DNA of 51,957 nucleotides, filler included, from Bipalium vagum (Eukaryota), in assembly GCA_037834085.1 (NCBI GenBank). It is 3 parts of 3 records of this genome, joined end to end, with 100 filler letters (N's around TTAATTAATTAA, not from the genome) between each part and the next. Parts side by side here need not be neighbours in the genome. Positions count along the whole stretch, not along the records: positions 34,375 to 51,957 come from JBBMKC010060581.1; 2 more parts are not named here. One strand, given 5' to 3'. Of this stretch, positions 49,842 to 51,957 are shown piece by piece. Position numbers and translations under genes: made by a program. The notes beneath the pieces were generated by a model. That model ran no database searches, was not told the DNA's origin, and worked only from the letters and a program-made list of their open reading frames with translations. The stretch's first letter is position 1. Every line of letters begins with the position of its first letter.

Positions 49842-51957
49842 TAATATAATATATTTCTTAAGACACTTAATAAGTATAATAAACAGGCTACGAATTTAAT
49901 AGTTCTGTCAAAATAAAAAGAAAATTATTTTTAGTAATATTATTTTACAAATTTTATTTTTGAAAATTCAAGAAAAGACACTGATAATAAAATTAAATCG
50001 TAAACTCTTCCCCTAAGTTTTAGAAATAAGAACAATATACATTAACATAAACTCTGAAAAAAATAATTATAGGTCACCTCAGAAATAGTGTCATTTTGAT
50101 TACACAATCAATAAAAAGAATAATAACTAAATAAATTGATAATCTAATTATTAATTATTATCTTTAATATTAATGTTTCGTAACATCAATTGATTCAAAT
50201 TCCAATTACTCATTAGTCAGATCTTAATTTTTCTTATTAGAGGTTTTATTAGGCTTTCAATGCCCATGATATACTTAAAAGCTGGAAGTTTTATAAGGAA
50301 TAATATAAAATCTGATTAAAAAGAGTATTCCACCTTATGTACCTCAAAAATCTCACTAATTTCCAATCAGTAATTTAATTTTAATTTTTAATAATTTTTA
50401 TTATTATTATATTATTATTATATAATAATAATAATAATATTTCTTTAATTATTTTTCATTTTTCGGCCCTTAAGAGGTTTAAGTTTCGTTTTTACGTAGA
50501 ACGGATTAGGTTTTACAATTTGGTTCAGTATATAAAGAATTGAAAGAAATTAGTGGAATCTGAGGGTTAGTTAAATTCCAGCTAAATGAATAAATAAATA
50601 AGAAAGGTATGAGGTTTTGAAAAAAAATTCTTGTTCTGCTTGAATTTCAGTGATAATTACGTCTGTATTCATATGATATATTTAATATTGATTTTTACAC
50701 TGCACTTACTAAATATTATTTTAGGCAAAAAGTTAAGCAAAAATTGTAAATACTAATTAGGTTGAAATTTCTACTAATGCACGACTCAATGGTGGGTTTT
50801 TTTTCAGACAGAAGAATGAAAATGAGACATTAGGAAATAAACTAATCTTTCACATCAACTTTTTCTACCATGCTTGTTTTTTTCAAATACCTAACTTTTT
50901 CAGATTTCAACTTTTTCTTTGATCTGGGTTTTAAGCATTGTAAGGTATTTCTTTTGCAATATCCGAATAATTGTAGACATGGAAATATTAAACTTTCAAC
51001 ATCAAATATTCATTTAATGTTTCTCATTTGATCACTGATTTTAAAAAATTATATCAACGATGAATCAATAGTGCAAAAATAACACATTGAAAAAATAATA
51101 ATTTTTATCTGAGACATTGACGCAATTTTCGTTTCAATTTTATCTTTATTATTTCAAACATATTATGTTGATTTTTTTCTTAACATTTCATTGATTCCAA
51201 ATTCTTAGATTCCAATGTCAGCTGAATAAATGTTATAATAGAACACAAAAACATTCATTAGAGAAGTTTGTCATCGTCTTTCAAATACAGAGTCTAAGAA
51301 CATTGACAGAGTCACAGATTAGCACACATTTCAGACACGTGAACGTGTTATGCAGAATCATTATAGAATAATTTTTCAGAAAATGATTTAATTTGTACAA
51401 TTACATTAATAATCGATGAAAAATAATGAAAATATTATAAAATTATAATAATTATTTATTAAATCAATAAAAATAAATAAAATATTGCACCTCTATTTAG
51501 AATTACCGTAATTCTTATTTTATTTTAAAAGCACTCGAAAAATTAAATGAATCTTTAAACGAATATTAGAAATAATTAAAATATGTGCTAATTCTCAAGA
51601 AAATTTATCAATAAACTATATTAAGTGTCTTTTATTTAACTGAAAATTCGTAGGATTATATTCGATGTAAATATTTTGAAATCATAGTATATTAAAATTT
51701 TTATTTATAATTAAAAAATGTAACAACTAATAATAACAATGAAAAAGACGTAACCTACTTCACAAATTTAAAATATAATTAATAAAACAATTATTTTAAT
51801 AATATAATAAAACAAATATAATTAGATATAATAACAAAATTAATTATAAACATAAAATATTTGTATTTTTTTAAAATGATTTTATTAACATTTATTTAAT
51901 AAAAATAATTTTGAGTTTTTTCTTCAGGATACAGTAGATCTGCATGGATCTTTAAGC

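Overview
This is AT-rich eukaryotic (metazoan) draft-assembly DNA with many 42-53 nt GT-AG introns; a free-living or parasitic flatworm is plausible, but that is inference. I built four spliced gene models by hand with phase-consistent junctions. Three are recognisable: SIN1/MAPKAP1 (TORC2 subunit, 1664-8038 +), DNA topoisomerase II (10926-16205 +), and an ABCG2-like half-transporter (19620-32508 +) with a long N-terminal extension, whose transmembrane exons are not visible, probably lost at assembly gaps. The fourth is a large minus-strand gene I cannot assign to a family (about 35291-47950, at least 10 exons, at least about 580 aa, 5' end unresolved). The rest is largely decayed transposons: about a dozen Tc1/mariner-superfamily relics (DD34D mariner, DD37D maT, Tc1, pogo/Tc2), some with intact TIRs and TA duplications and one nested, plus a Merlin relic, RLE-type non-LTR and Penelope-like fragments, MITEs and a tRNA-Ala-derived pseudogene. 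Two 100-bp N-TTAATTAATTAA-N spacers are assembly linkers, so adjacency across them is unproven. I see no convincing novel multi-gene system. The best leads are the unassigned gene, the ABCG2 N-terminal extension and a possible intron-retention switch of the TOP2 C-terminus.
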